NCBI GenBank assembly: GCA_964016885.1
Contig: OZ024742.1
Coordinates: 205,034,001-205,098,000, forward strand
Direction of reading: 5' to 3'
DNA: 64,000 bases
DNA from: Eledone cirrhosa
Taxonomy: Eukaryota
The translations under genes were made by a program, and so were the position numbers. Each line of letters opens with the position of its first letter. Within the stretch, counting starts at the first letter, position 1. Below the pieces are notes generated by a model. The model was given only the letters and a program-made list of their open reading frames with translations, did no database searches and was not told the origin of the DNA. Below, one piece after another: positions 1 through 11,894 of the stretch.

Positions 1-345
1 GTAGAGTTTAAAGAGCAAAGATCAAGTCTAGTCCATAAGTTGACATTATCAAGCCATCGTTTTGGCTGCCGGCCTCTGCTTCTCTTATCAGCCAACCTTC
101 CTTCCAGGCATAACCTACTCACACCACGAGTTGATCTTTTTATATGACCGTATAGTTTGAGTACTCTTGATATGAAACCGATGTAATTGGTCTAAGTTTG
201 GTAATGTTGAGCAGCTCACGTACAGATACGGTCATTGAGCTGCTTTGCCAGTCTCATAAGTCTCATGATGTGGTTCTGGAATGTAGAGAGCTTCTGAAGT
301 GACCTTGTTGTCCAATTAACACAGTGAAGACCATATAACACAACT
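1..345 (-). mobile_element. Decayed RTE-type LINE 3' ORF fragment
   Basis: Minus strand reads ...RLCLEGRLADKRSRGRQPKRWLDNVNLWT..., matching the G-x-R-x-R-G-R-P/Q-x-x-x-W C-terminal motif of RTE-clade ORFs; stops and frameshifts upstream. Confidence 0.6.
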
Positions 346-693
346 GGAAGGATATAAATATCAAAGATCTTAGCCTTCAAATGATAGGAAACTCATTTTG
401 ATGTTAGTACTTCCTAGATTTGATATTATGTGAGGTAAAGCCTTTATCGTGAAAATACAATAGTATTTATAGAGTAATGTAAATGCTAAAGGGTTAAGGC
501 CTTTTCATTCCAGATTTTACTTCCAAGGTAGAGAGGGGGGAAGATGCATAGATAAAGCAGCTCAACTATTAGGAATAGTTGTTGAGATACTGAAAGTATC
601 TGGGATGGTGTGTCACACTCTATCCACACATATATTAAATCATATAATACATGATATTGTCACGCCTAATGACTAATTGGTGTAGTAGCATCA

Positions 694-1000
694 TTGTCAA
701 CTGCTACAAGATTGTATGATGCCTGTATGCAAACTGCGATGTTGCAGAGACGTGAAACTTGGGCCGTGAATGCAGAAAGATTGGAAAGAAATGATGTGCA
801 CATGCCCCAGTGGATGTATAATGTAAGTATGCATGAATGGTTAAGTGTTAACAAATTCAGAGAAAAACCTTGCATAAGCTGGATTAAAAGCAGTGTGCAA
901 GAGAGAAGACTATGCTGGTGTTGACATGTGATGTACATTGAGGATGAGAGTTGCATAAAGAAGTGCGGGGCATTCAAAGTCAATGGGATGTGGAAGAGGG
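694..1000 (+). mobile_element. RTE LINE fragment (post-RT C-terminus)
   Basis: ORF RLYDACMQTAML..ETWAVNAE..LERND..QERRLCW is paralogous to the RTE at 4049-5191. Confidence 0.75.
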
Positions 1001-1518
1001 AACTGGCCCTTATTTAGCCTATACTATAGGGAACTGGTCCTTGCTTAGCCTATACTATAGGGAACTGGTCCTTATTTAGCCTATACTATAGGGGACTAGT
1101 CCTTGCTTAGCCTATACTATAGGGAACTGGTCCTTATTTAGCCTATACTATAGGGGACTAGTCCTTCATTAGCCTATACTAATGGGAACTGGTCCTTATT
1201 TAGCCTATACTCTAGGGAACTAGTCCTTGCTTAGCCTATACTATAAGGAACTGGTCCTTATTTAGCCTATACTATAGCGAACTAGTCCTCCTTTAGCATA
1301 TACTATAGGGAACTGGTCCTTATTTAGCCTATACTCCTGGGAACTAGTCCTTGCTTAGCCTATACTATAGGCAACTGGTCCTTATTTAGCCTATACTCCA
1401 GGGAACTAGTCCTTGCTTAGCCTATACTATAGGCAACTGGTCCTTATTTAGCCTATACTATAGGGAACTAGTCCTTGCTTAGCCTATACTATAGGAAACT
1501 GGTCCATGCAAGCCTATA
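998..1518. repeat. 31-bp minisatellite (~16 copies) with alternating variants
   Basis: Unit GGGAACT(G/A)GTCCTT(ATT/GCT)TAGCCTATACTATA; starts at 998 and 1029 give a period of 31. Confidence 0.95.
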
Positions 1519-1535
1519 TTATTACTATCAAGGGC

Positions 1536-1614
1536 TGGGAGATCCCATTCAGTGCTAGTTTAAGTAGGAAGATCCCATTCAGTGCTAGTTCAAGTGGGGA
1601 GATCCCATTCAGTA
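1536..1614. repeat. 30-bp tandem repeat (~3 copies)
   Basis: GATCCCATTCAGT(GCTAGTT) recurs at 1541, 1571 and 1600. Confidence 0.85.
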
Positions 1615-2079
1615 ACTATCAGATTGGTCGATGTGACCCTATGTATCTGAAATAACAAAGAATTAAGCAATGTTTGGTAGAGGGTTTTATTTGTTTTGTT
1701 TTGTTTTACTTTTAATTTTCTGGTTGCATCAATTTGCAGAGAAACCTAATATGACTTTGTATAGATAACAGATGGGGATGGAGAGGAGAAAGATTTTTCA
1801 GGAGGAAATCTGAGATAGTGAGAACTTTTTGTTAATACTATACATATATTTTCCTTTTATCTGTCTCTGTGAATGTCTCCCTCCCCTTTCTTTTTCTCTT
1901 TCATACATTTATATATATATATGTGTGTGTGTATTTACATATATGCATGTATTTATATATGTATGTATATATATATGTATGTGTTTATATATGTATGTGT
2001 ATATATGTATATATGCATGTGTATATATGTGTGCATGTGTTTGTATATTTGAATGTGTTTATATGTGTGTGTGTATATA

Positions 2080-2572
2080 GTGGGATTTTAGGCAGACTAA
2101 CAGAAAAGGTGTAATTTGTATGTGATAGACGCACAGCAGTAGCGAAATAAACTTTTTCCAGTCCCGGAAAAGCTCCATAGAAGTGGTAGATAGCTTCTGC
2201 TACCTAGGTGACCTAATTAGCAGTGAAGGGGGTTGCTCTGAAAACATAGTTACTAGCATGAATGGCAAAACATGGATGAGCTGTGAGAGAAACTGAACAT
2301 AAAAGGAATCAAATGTGATGTACATACTGTGCTGGTATAGCCATGTGATGTGTATGGATGATGATCGTTTGATGAAGATGTGCCAAAATTTCCAAGTAGA
2401 GGGAAGCTGCAGTAGAAGACCAGGAAAAACCTGGGCAGAAATGGTGAGAATGGATCTCAAAGCGCTGAACCTCACAGAGATGGAAAAAGAATGACTGGAC
2501 ACAAGCTGTTTTAGAAAAGACCCATGTTTTCCATGCAAGCATGGAAAAGTGAACATAAAAAGGATGATGATG
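2080..2572 (+). mobile_element. Decayed RTE LINE 3' fragment with (GAT)n tail
   Basis: IEVVDSFCYLGDLISSEGGCSE motif; tail catgcaagcatggaaaagtg...gatgatgatg. Confidence 0.7.
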
Positions 2573-2618
2573 TATATATGTATATCTATCTATAATATGC
2601 GCACGTGTATAAATCTAT

Positions 2619-3116
<498 letters not shown>

Positions 3117-3149
3117 AGTTGTTTTATTTGTTTTTTGTTTTTTTTACAG

Positions 3150-3224
3150 ACTACTTCTAAGTATATCTGGAGTAAACGAGAATCAGCTGAAGAAGGAACT
3201 ACATTATTTCAATTAATTGAATTT
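3150..3224 (+). CDS. DAP3: DAP3/MRPS29 (mitochondrial small ribosomal subunit protein mS29), internal exon
   Basis: tttttacag|ACT...TTT|gtaagt; [25 protein letters not shown] resembles human DAP3 [23 protein letters not shown]; phase 0/0. Confidence 0.9.
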
Positions 3225-3312
3225 GTAAGTATGTTTTGTTAATAGAACAACAACCTCTTTTGGGTTGGTGACATAATAAATGCTCCCAGCACACTCTGTA
3301 TAGTGATTGGAG

Positions 3313-3675
3313 ATCATCATCATCATCATCATCATACGTCCACTTTTCCCTGCTTGCAAGGGTGGGACGGGAACTGATTTGGGCTTGATTTCTACAGCTG
3401 GATGCCCTTCCTAACACCAACCTCATTTACAGTGAGTGCTGGGTGCTTTTTATTCCATGGCACCTACACGTCCACTTTACGGTGTGGGCTGGGTGCTTTT
3501 TTGCCGTGGCACCTCCACGACCACTTTGCAGTGGAATGATAGGAGCCCAGTCCTATCATCTCATTTCTACAGCTGAGTAAACTGGAGCAATGTGAAATAA
3601 AGTGTGTTGCTCAAGGAAACAACACATCACCTGGTCTGAGAATTGCAAGGCCAATGCTCTAACCACTAAGCCTCC
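3313..3675 (-). mobile_element. CORE-type tRNA SINE copy
   Basis: Same family as 2619-2958; (CAT)n at left end. Confidence 0.75.
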
Positions 3676-3896
3676 ATAGATAGGAACGACATCTAGCCAT
3701 AGAAAACTTGCTAAACCAAGGATCACGAGGACTCTTCAGTTGTGTAAAAACATGAAAACCTTTCTAGTGCTGGTACCATGAAAAAATATACCTAATGCAC
3801 TCTGTTGAGTGTGGAAATATGAGTAAGCAACATACTGATGATAGATATGAGTGTGTGCTAATGAATGCATGTGTGTGTATGTGGGAGGTATTTTGA

Positions 3897-5583
3897 TACG
3901 CTCTTTTCATTGTACGACAACTACAGGAGAAGTACCTAGCTAAAAGTAAACCCCTATACTTAGCCTTTGTCGACTTGGAGAAAGCCTTCGACAGAGTCCC
4001 CCGTTCCATTATCTGGTTCTTAGAAAACTAGGTGTTGACGAATGGCTTGTGAGAGCTATACAAGCCATGTATAAAGAAACAGTGAGCAAGGTTAGAATTA
4101 ACAACGAATATAGTGAAGAGTTTAGCGTAAAAGTTGGTGTCCATCAGGGCTCTGTTCTTAGCCCCCTACTATTCATTATTGCTCTTCAGGCTATAACAGA
4201 GGAGTTCAAGACCGGCTGCCCATGGGAACTCCTATACGCAGATGACCTAACGCTCATAGCTGAATCAATGGCCGAGCTAGAGAAGAAATTCCAAACATGG
4301 AAGCACGGCCTAGAATCAAAAGGCCTTAAAATTAACCTGGCTAAGACTAAAGTTCTAGTTTGTAGGAAAGAAAATAAGGCGCCGGTCCCTTCCGGGAAAT
4401 GGCCATGCTCAGTGTGTAGGAAAGGCGTAGGTAGAAACTCCATTTTATGTCCCAAATACAAAGTATGGGTGCATAAAAGATGTAGTGGGATCACAGGTAA
4501 GCTAACTAAGAACACAGATTTTACATGTGGCCGGTGCTCTGGTGCAATAAGTAGCAGCAAGTGCCCACAAAATACTAGCTCTTTCAACTGCGCAGAGGGT
4601 TCTATAGAAATAGTGGACAGCTTCCGTTACCTGGGTGACAAAATCAGCAGTGGGGGAGGGTGCTCCGAAAGTACAGTAGCTAGAGTCAGAACTGGATGGA
4701 AAAAGTTCAGAGAGCTTATACCACTATTAGCCGCTAAAGGGTTCTCTCTAAAAATGAAAGACAGGTTGTATGATGCCTGCATATGAACAGCAATGTTGCA
4801 TGGCAGTGAGACCTGGGCATTGTGTGCAGAGGATATACGCAGACTAGAGAGGAACGAAGCTTGCATGCTCCGCTGGATGTGTAATAGTAATATACGCGAA
4901 CGGCAAAGCATAAACGAACTAAGGAAAAAATTAGAAATAAGAGGGATCAGATGTTGTTTACTCGAGAGAAGGCTACGTTGGTATGGTCACGTGATGCGCA
5001 TGAAAGACGACAGCTGTATAGCAAAGTGCAGGGCAATAAAGATAGACGGTAGCCACGGAGTAGGCAGACCCAGAAAAACCTGGGACGAGCTGATAAATTC
5101 CGACCTCACACACTTACACCTCTCGAAGACAATGTCACTGGACCGAGACCTTTGGCGGTACTCAGTAATAGAGAAGACCCGCCTTACCTAAATACAAAGT
5201 AAAACCTACTACAGTCAGTAGGCATCTCTAACAAAATATACCCCCGTCCCACCACCCCCACCCCATCCACACCGCCCCTTTCAATGTAAAGTTATGTTGG
5301 TGCCACAAAATCCAGGCCGAAACAAATGAGATCGTGTAGGTGTCACGACAAAAAAACACACAGTCCACGCTGTAATGTGGCCGTGTAGGCAACACTGTAA
5401 AAACCTCCCAGCCCCACACTGTAAATGTGGTTGGTGTTAGGAAGGGCATCCAACTGTAGAAAACCCGCCAGACAGTCCTATGCGAGCAAGACAACCACTC
5501 TTGCCTCAAGTGGGAAAACTCCCGTCCAAACCCATGCAAGCATGGAACATGGACGTTAAACGATGATGATGATGATGATGATG
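3897..5583 (+). mobile_element. 5'-truncated RTE-clade LINE (RT with embedded PHD-like Zn finger, 3' UTR, (GAT)n tail)
   Basis: FVDLEKAFD, GVHQGSVLSPLLF, YADD and YLG motifs; one frameshift and one stop (4784-4786); tail gatgatgatg... to 5583. Confidence 0.92.
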
Positions 5584-5688
5584 AAATGAGTAGATTAATA
5601 AAAGTTCATATACTAAAGAATAGAGGTAAGAAAAACAGGATAATATTACATTTTTTTTTAACCATAAACCAATAGAAATTATCATTAA

Positions 5689-5925
5689 GCCCCTCGTTAA
5701 CATATTTCTAATGAATGACACTGTCTCCTATGATTTGGAAAATAATCAAGAATTTGGTGGATTTAGAAACATAACTAACTTTTTCAATATTATGGAACAT
5801 AACTTAACAAAGGTTCTTGTATAAAATTATGATGGAAGGCTTTTAGAAAAATATAAAGTCTTTATAACAAACAGTTATATATTGTAGAATCAGGTGTGGT
5901 ACTGGGTAGGTTGGTATAAAAAGGG
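5689..5925. mobile_element. TTAA-flanked piggyBac-like MITE
   Basis: TTAA at 5685-5688 and 5926-5929; ends in ...AAAGGG|TTAA; related in reverse orientation to 6816-7035. Confidence 0.55.
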
Positions 5926-6276
5926 TTAAAATGGTGGTAGAAACAGTATATATCTACATCAGTTTATAATTTGGGGCCAAACCATCATCAAATCTTTCTG
6001 CTTTCCTGGGTTGATAATATAGTACCAGTGATATATAGTGGTCAATTTAATTGACTGTGTCCTCCTGCTAAACTATTTATTATGATTATGATTGATGTGA
6101 AGATGTAGCAGAATCATTAAAGAATCAGATGTGGTATTTGTGTGACCCTTTGCATGTCTTCCATCTAAATTGTTAAAATAAACTACTATCATATGCTGGG
6201 GTTGATTGAGTCAACTGTATCTTCTTCAAAGTATGAGACCTTATGCCAATGTTTGATTATCGTTATTATCACCTCA

Positions 6277-6682
6277 GGATGGTGGATTGGCAATATCGGT
6301 AGAGCGTCGGTCAACATGCTTTCCAACATAAAGTTAAGGCCCTTCACGATCTGAATTCAAATCCCACCTAGGTTAGCTGTGCCTTTCATCCTTATGTGGT
6401 CGATAAATAAAGCACCAGTAATACACTAGGGGTCGATTTAATTAATTTCCCCTCTCCAAATTGTTGGCCTTGTGCCAAAATCAGAAATCATTATGCGGTG
6501 GATTGGCAGTATCGGTAGAGGGTCGGACGCCGTGCTTTCCAGCATAGTTACGTCCCTTTACGATCTGAGTTCAAATCCCGCCGAGGTTGACTTTGCCTTT
6601 CATCCTTACGGGGTCGATAAAATAAAGTACCAGTAATGCACTGGGTAATTGCTGGCCTTGTGCCTAAAGTAGAAACAATTAT
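6277..6682 (+). mobile_element. Two tandem tRNA-derived SINEs with Meta-like domain
   Basis: Heads ggtggattggca(a/g)tatcggtagag, B box g(a/a)ttcaaatccc, core gcctttcatccttacggggtcgataaaataaagtaccag, (ATT)n tails. Confidence 0.8.
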
Positions 6683-6815
6683 TATCTCCTCAGATCAACC
6701 AAATTCTTATGAGTAAAATTTGGTAGAAGGAAACTGTGTGGTAGTCCACCAGAAGGACGATAGACTTAATCTTTGATCAGTTTAATGCCTCCACCTAGTA
6801 CTGAGGTGCCTTTAA

Positions 6816-7035
6816 CCCTTTAGTTACCAACCCGGCCAAAACCGGCTCTGGTTCTATGAAATAAAATCACCCATTTTAAAGGTTTCTAATTTTAATTAAA
6901 TCTTCCAATTATACAAGAACCTTACATTAAGTTACTATCTTAGTATTGAAATAATTAATAATTTTAATAAATTCCTCAGAATTCTTGAATAGATAATTGA
7001 AATAGTCTTTCATTAGAAATGTGGTCATGAAAGGG
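6816..7035. mobile_element. piggyBac-type MITE
   Basis: TTAA|CCCTTT...AAAGGG|TTAA; the empty site gtgccTTTAAcagagtc is present in the adjacent duplicated unit (TTAA at 7125-7128). Confidence 0.8.
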
Positions 7036-7919
7036 TTAACAGAGTCCACTCTGTTGTGAGTCGGAAGGATGATAGACTTAATCTTTTGATCAGTTTAACA
7101 CCTCAACCTAGTACTGTGGTGCCTTTAACAGAGTCTACTCTGTTGCAAGTATTCATGCTATCCCTCTAATTTATGGATATCTTCTTCCTTCCAATTTGGA
7201 AGTCTGAAAAGAGTCAAAGGTGCTGAATTACTTCTATTTTTTTTTTTTTTTTTTTTTTATCAATTTGGCAGAAGGAAAAGTAATGCCCATAACAGATTTT
7301 CAGGGTCCTTCAAGAACTATAGAAAGGAAGGAATCCTCAAGTCTGAATCTGGCTTGAATGCTTGAAACAGTGTTGACTCTAATAAAAGTATCCAGGTTAT
7401 GCTGTTAAATTAGACAACATAATAGACTCTAAAAGTAGCCATAATAGACTAGTAAAAGTACACATGTGGTGCTGTTAAACCAGGCAACAGATTAAATCTA
7501 CCACTGTAGTAGACTCACCTATAAGTACCCAGGTGGGTAGTCTAACACCTAAGTAAGCCACAGTGGAATTTTAAACTCAGAATGCAAAAAGTCGAAAGGA
7601 ATACTGCAATGTATGCTCTCCAGTGATGCAGCATTTATATCAATCAAACCTCCATAGTCTGGTATTTTATTTATCAATCACTTGAAAGAAAACATTGATC
7701 CTTATGTCTAAAATCACTCAGGGGGGACAAACAATGAATTGCAGAGGATGATGGGAACAGAATCAGTGATGTGGTAACTGGGTAAAAGGAATAGAGTCAG
7801 TGATGAACTTTGTGAAGAGAAATGGAATGAGATGGTTGATTTTATGTATAGCAGAGAAATTTTCCCTAAAACACTTGTTAATTGTTTCATTTTACAAATT
7901 TGTTTGTTTATATTTACAG

Positions 7920-7999
7920 GGTTTAACCAGACCTAGATATGCCAGTGATGTTGTAGGAATTATTCTAAAAGAAGTGAAGAAATTGGCTTCAGAAAGGAA
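7920..7999 (+). CDS. DAP3: DAP3 internal exon
   Basis: tttacag|GGT...AA|gtaagt; GLTRPRYASDVVGIILKEVKKLASER resembles human [22 protein letters not shown]; phase 0/2. Confidence 0.93.
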
Positions 8000-8322
8000 G
8001 TAAGTACCTCCATCCTTTTATTTGTATTAGTCAGATGAATTTTGCTAATTTGTGTATTTGTCTATTGTTAGAGCAAGCTTTGCTACTAGTGTTGTTTACC
8101 CCTAAATTGTGATCCAGTAGACATATTTGACCATTGTATCTTTTTTTTACTTAAACTACTATGGTGTAATCTGAGGAAGATTAGGTTGTTTTTTTAGTAA
8201 ATTGGATCACCACATATGTTTCTTGTTGCCGTTGTATGTCAGGATGGCACAGCAGTGAAACATGAAACATACAGTCTTTACCACATATATCAGTGTGCCT
8301 TTCTCTGTGGTGTGTGTGTGTG

Positions 8323-8356
<34 letters not shown>

Positions 8357-8736
8357 AAATTAGCAAACCATACTCGAGGACGTGCATTTCACCAGAAAGG
8401 ATTTTCAATCCATGTATGGTTGCGGTGAGAACAGAAGTATATATACTTCGTTGAGGAACTAACTCTATACTGAACTCATCCTTTGGACTGAGTGCTCTAC
8501 CTACTAAGGATATAACCTCCCAGTTTTTTACCACAGTATATATATATATAGTTGTTATATAGTAAGGTGCATTATTGGTTGTGTAAAATGGTCCAATAAC
8601 TTTATGTTAACAATATTAAGTTCTCCACGCTTTTGTATATCTCCAATTCCATTCAAGGGAACAGCTAGATGATGTAAAACGGAGTATAAGTATCAAAATG
8701 AAAATCCGAAGGCAAGGTAAAATTCCAATCATTTAA

Positions 8737-8810
8737 TCACGACACATGTTTCAATAAGAGATAGATCGATTGTGAAGCCATGATCGATTATCACTGATCT
8801 CATCAGGTGA
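8737..8810 (-). ncRNA. Type I hammerhead ribozyme motif (mirror copy)
   Basis: Minus strand UCAC-CUGAUGA-long stem II-GAAAC-AUGU-GUC-GUGA. Confidence 0.6.
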
Positions 8811-8937
8811 AAATGAATTGTCTTCAAATTCTTGATATGAAGGAGAAAAATAACGATGTTCTCTCACATATGAGGGAATGAATTCTGTGAGAGAACATCG
8901 TTATTTTTCTTCCTCATATCAAGAATTTGAAGACAAT

Positions 8938-9023
8938 TCATTTTCACCTGATGAGATCAGTGATAATCGATCATGGCTTCACAATCGATCTATCTCTTAT
9001 TGAAACATGTCGTGATTAAATGA
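8938..9023 (+). ncRNA. Minimal type I hammerhead ribozyme motif
   Basis: UCAUUUUCAC-CUGAUGA(8948)-imperfect long stem II-GAAAC-AU-GUC(9011)-GUGA[UU]AAAUGA; palindromic stem III ACAUGU; bulged stem I. Confidence 0.65.
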
Positions 9024-9201
9024 TTGGAATTTTACCTTGCCTTCGGATTTTCATTTTGATATATATATATGCAAAAGTTCTATTTAAAATTGTTGGGATA
9101 CAAGAAGTAAATATTTTTATAACTGACATAAAGCACTCGACAAGTATTTGGAGTAGATATACGATATTAATAAATGGAAACTATATTTATAAAACCATAT
9201 T

Positions 9202-9266
9202 TATTTCATTATACATATTTCAGGGATACCAAATTAAATTATGGTATGCCTTCATCAGACAAAATA
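9202..9266 (-). ncRNA. Type I hammerhead ribozyme motif (mirror copy)
   Basis: Reverse complement of 9424-9488. Confidence 0.65.
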
Positions 9267-9423
9267 CAATATATAACAGTTTTACAAATAAGCTTTGACG
9301 TACCCTTTTAAAATGCAACCATTGTTTTTGGAAGCCATCCGGATAGTCCGGATGGCTTCCAAAAACAATGGTTGCATTTTAAAAGGGTACGTCAAAGCTT
9401 ATTTGTAAAACTGTTATATATTG

Positions 9424-9488
9424 TATTTTGTCTGATGAAGGCATACCATAATTTAATTTGGTATCCCTGAAATATGTATAATGAAATA
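9424..9488 (+). ncRNA. Type I hammerhead ribozyme motif
   Basis: UAUUUUGU-CUGAUGA(9432)-AGGcAUACCA...UGGUAUcCCU-GAAA-UAUGU-AUA(9480)-AUGAAAUA; 8-bp stem I with two G.U pairs; overlaps an AATAAA at its 3' end. Confidence 0.68.
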
Positions 9489-9689
9489 AATATAGTTTCC
9501 ATTTATTAATATCGTATATATATATATATACACACACACACATATTGTGCCTCTGCTATGTACAAAGTAAACTTTACCTCTCTCTGAAGTACACACTTAT
9601 ACAGTATCTCTGCTATACACAGCAATGAAGTGTTAAAGTCAGGTCCCCAGTTTTGTGTGTGTATGTTGGCTTAAAGACAGGGTCTACAC

Positions 9690-9867
9690 CAGGCATGTCA
9701 AACATGCGGCTCTTTACAAGCATACCTGTGGCCCGCACAAAGGTTTTTACAGCGCAAGCATGTTTTATCTTTGTAAAATTAGTTGTAATGTGCACAATTA
9801 GTTGTTGTGTGTAGCCCTCAGACAACACATATGTGGCCCTCGAGGGACCCTCAGTTTGACATGCCTG
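9690..9867. mobile_element. hAT (Charlie-like) MITE
   Basis: TIR CAGGCATGTCAAAC/GTTTGACATGCCTG; 8-bp TSD GTCTACAC at 9682-9689 and 9868-9875. Confidence 0.92.
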
Positions 9868-10403
9868 GTCTACACCCATTACATTGCCTAAAAATATTCC
9901 AAAAACTTAAATCAACAGAAGCGATAGGAGTTCTATCCCTTGTTTCTCATGATCTGAACATTTAAAGGGAATTTTAGTCTTGAAATTTCATTTGATAGAA
10001 GTTTTTCTTCACTCTCCATTTTCAAAATGCAAGGATCTACTTGCATTATATATATATATATATGCGCACCATTATTGTTCTTATGACCACTCTTCTATGC
10101 TGGCATGAGTTAGACAAGACTTTTTGAGGCAGCTAGTCTACAGCCAGTTTACTCATATAGAGCATTGGTAGACCAGAGATTATAATAGAAAACATTTACC
10201 CAAGGTGCTACACATTGAGCTTCTTAAACACACAGCCATGCTTGTGCCTTTATATAATATTTGTGTATGTATTTATGCATGTGTCAAGTATATGTCTAAC
10301 TGTATATATGTATGCAGGTATAAAACTAGACAGGTGTGTCTGTTTGAGAGCAAGAAGTATATGTATGCCTACATAACTATAAATTACATTTATCTCTCAA
10401 TAG

Positions 10404-10482
10404 ACACCGTGTCCTGGTAGCTGTCGATGGAGTGAATGGGCTGTGGGGTACAACTAGTGTAAAAGATGAAAACAAAGATTAT
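10404..10482 (+). CDS. DAP3: DAP3 internal exon (Walker B region)
   Basis: ctcaatag|A CAC...TAT|gtaagt; (K)HRVLVAVDGVNGLWGTTSVKDENKDY resembles human [23 protein letters not shown]; phase 2/0. Confidence 0.95.
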
Positions 10483-11686
10483 GTAAGTAATCACATATTT
10501 TCTTTCATTACATATTTCTTCCTCTGTTCTCTATTTCTTGTTGTCTCTTTAGTTATATGAAATACTGTGATGTGATGGTCTTATGTGTTATAGTGTAACT
10601 TAGTACAATATTGTGCAGTGTTTTAACCCCATGTCAAGCAAACCTATAGTCATTCAAGCCAAGAATATCAAAAAAGGGTTAATGTTTGTCCTAAGCTCAC
10701 AGACTCATCAGATGGGAGCTCATCTCAGTTTCATTGGTGTTAAGTGACTATAAATACAAGACTGGATAGGACACTATTTAGGAGTTTTTAAAGGTGTTGG
10801 GATGTGATTTCAGGGAGAATTGGCTACTATTTATTACAAGTCAAGAGATGACATATAGCAAGAGTGGGAAACTTTTAGTGGCTATGGGGAATTGCAAGTA
10901 TATAAGAGTCCTTGGAGGTGACACATTTGTGCTGAGAAAAATAAATCTTTAATTTCACTAAATTATAGGGTAGGCAGTACATATTTTTTTTTTCAAAGTT
11001 GAAAGAGGTGAAAATGTTATCCCCAGTGTAAAGACTCCCTCATTGTCTATTATTTTTTTAGTAGGGTATCAGATAATCAGATATCCACCAGCCCCTTGAA
11101 GCCCCTGACAGATGTGCCAGCTGAACCTCTCTTAGAGGCATGAGTGTAATGCAATATTATATAGTTGTAAATGACAATGTTAATTTGTTATAGGTCTTAT
11201 ATCTATAAATACTTGAATATAAGTTCCTACCTGGCCTTAGGGTGACTTTAGCAGAGATCACTCTGTTGTAAACCAAGACTCCAATGTCTTTCCACAGCTC
11301 TTCTTCTTGACTGAGCTGCAGCTATGAATCAAGTGAAGACCGAGACTGGGTGCTTGGTTTCTGGAATGTTGTTAGACACTCACAGTCCTCTACAAATCAG
11401 GCAATGCAGTTAGTGCATATTCCACATTAGCATTCTTTAGAGGATGGGCAAGTGCAACAACATTCTCAAAGAGATTCTGGACATCAACAAGAATGAACTA
11501 GCCAGTATGTTCCAGTTTGTGTATGAAATATCTGCAGATATCAGTGAATTTGTGTGAAATATCTACAGATAGCAGTCAGCTCTTGTGTGAAGTTTTAATG
11601 TTAACAATATAATTGTTTGTCTTCCATATCTGTTAATAAACTGCTTCATCCATTTTGAAACATTAATATTTTTTTTTATTTTTTAG

Positions 11687-11746
11687 ATACCATGTGATAA
11701 AATATCCCTATTTCACAATTTTAGGAAAATTTTAAAAAATGATTGG
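11687..11746 (+). CDS. DAP3: DAP3 internal exon
   Basis: ttttag|ATA...TGG|gtaag; IPCDKISLFHNFRKILKNDW resembles human [20 protein letters not shown]. Confidence 0.93.
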
Positions 11747-11894
11747 GTAAGAAATTTATATTTCTTTCTTTCTAATTCTTTAATCCTGCCTAGCAGATCT
11801 ATGATCAATGACATTCCAACTACAAACATCCTGCTATTTCAACTCAGTGATACTCTCATGCCTCACTTTACTCAACTGAAGACACAATGATTGC

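Larger units (their letters stand above)
8691..9061. repeat. Fold-back inverted repeat (~178-bp arms, 17-nt spacer), Penelope-like
   Basis: 8691-8868 is nearly the reverse complement of 8886-9061; each arm contains a hammerhead motif. Confidence 0.92.
9157..9519. repeat. Near-perfect palindrome (~175-185-bp arms, 3-nt loop), Penelope-like
   Basis: Centre ...gccatccgga-TAG-tccggatggc... (loop 9344-9346); arms match apart from a short extra segment in the left arm. Confidence 0.95.

Noticed and set aside
998-1518. Possible CRISPR array
   Set aside because: No unique spacers, no cas genes, and a eukaryotic context.
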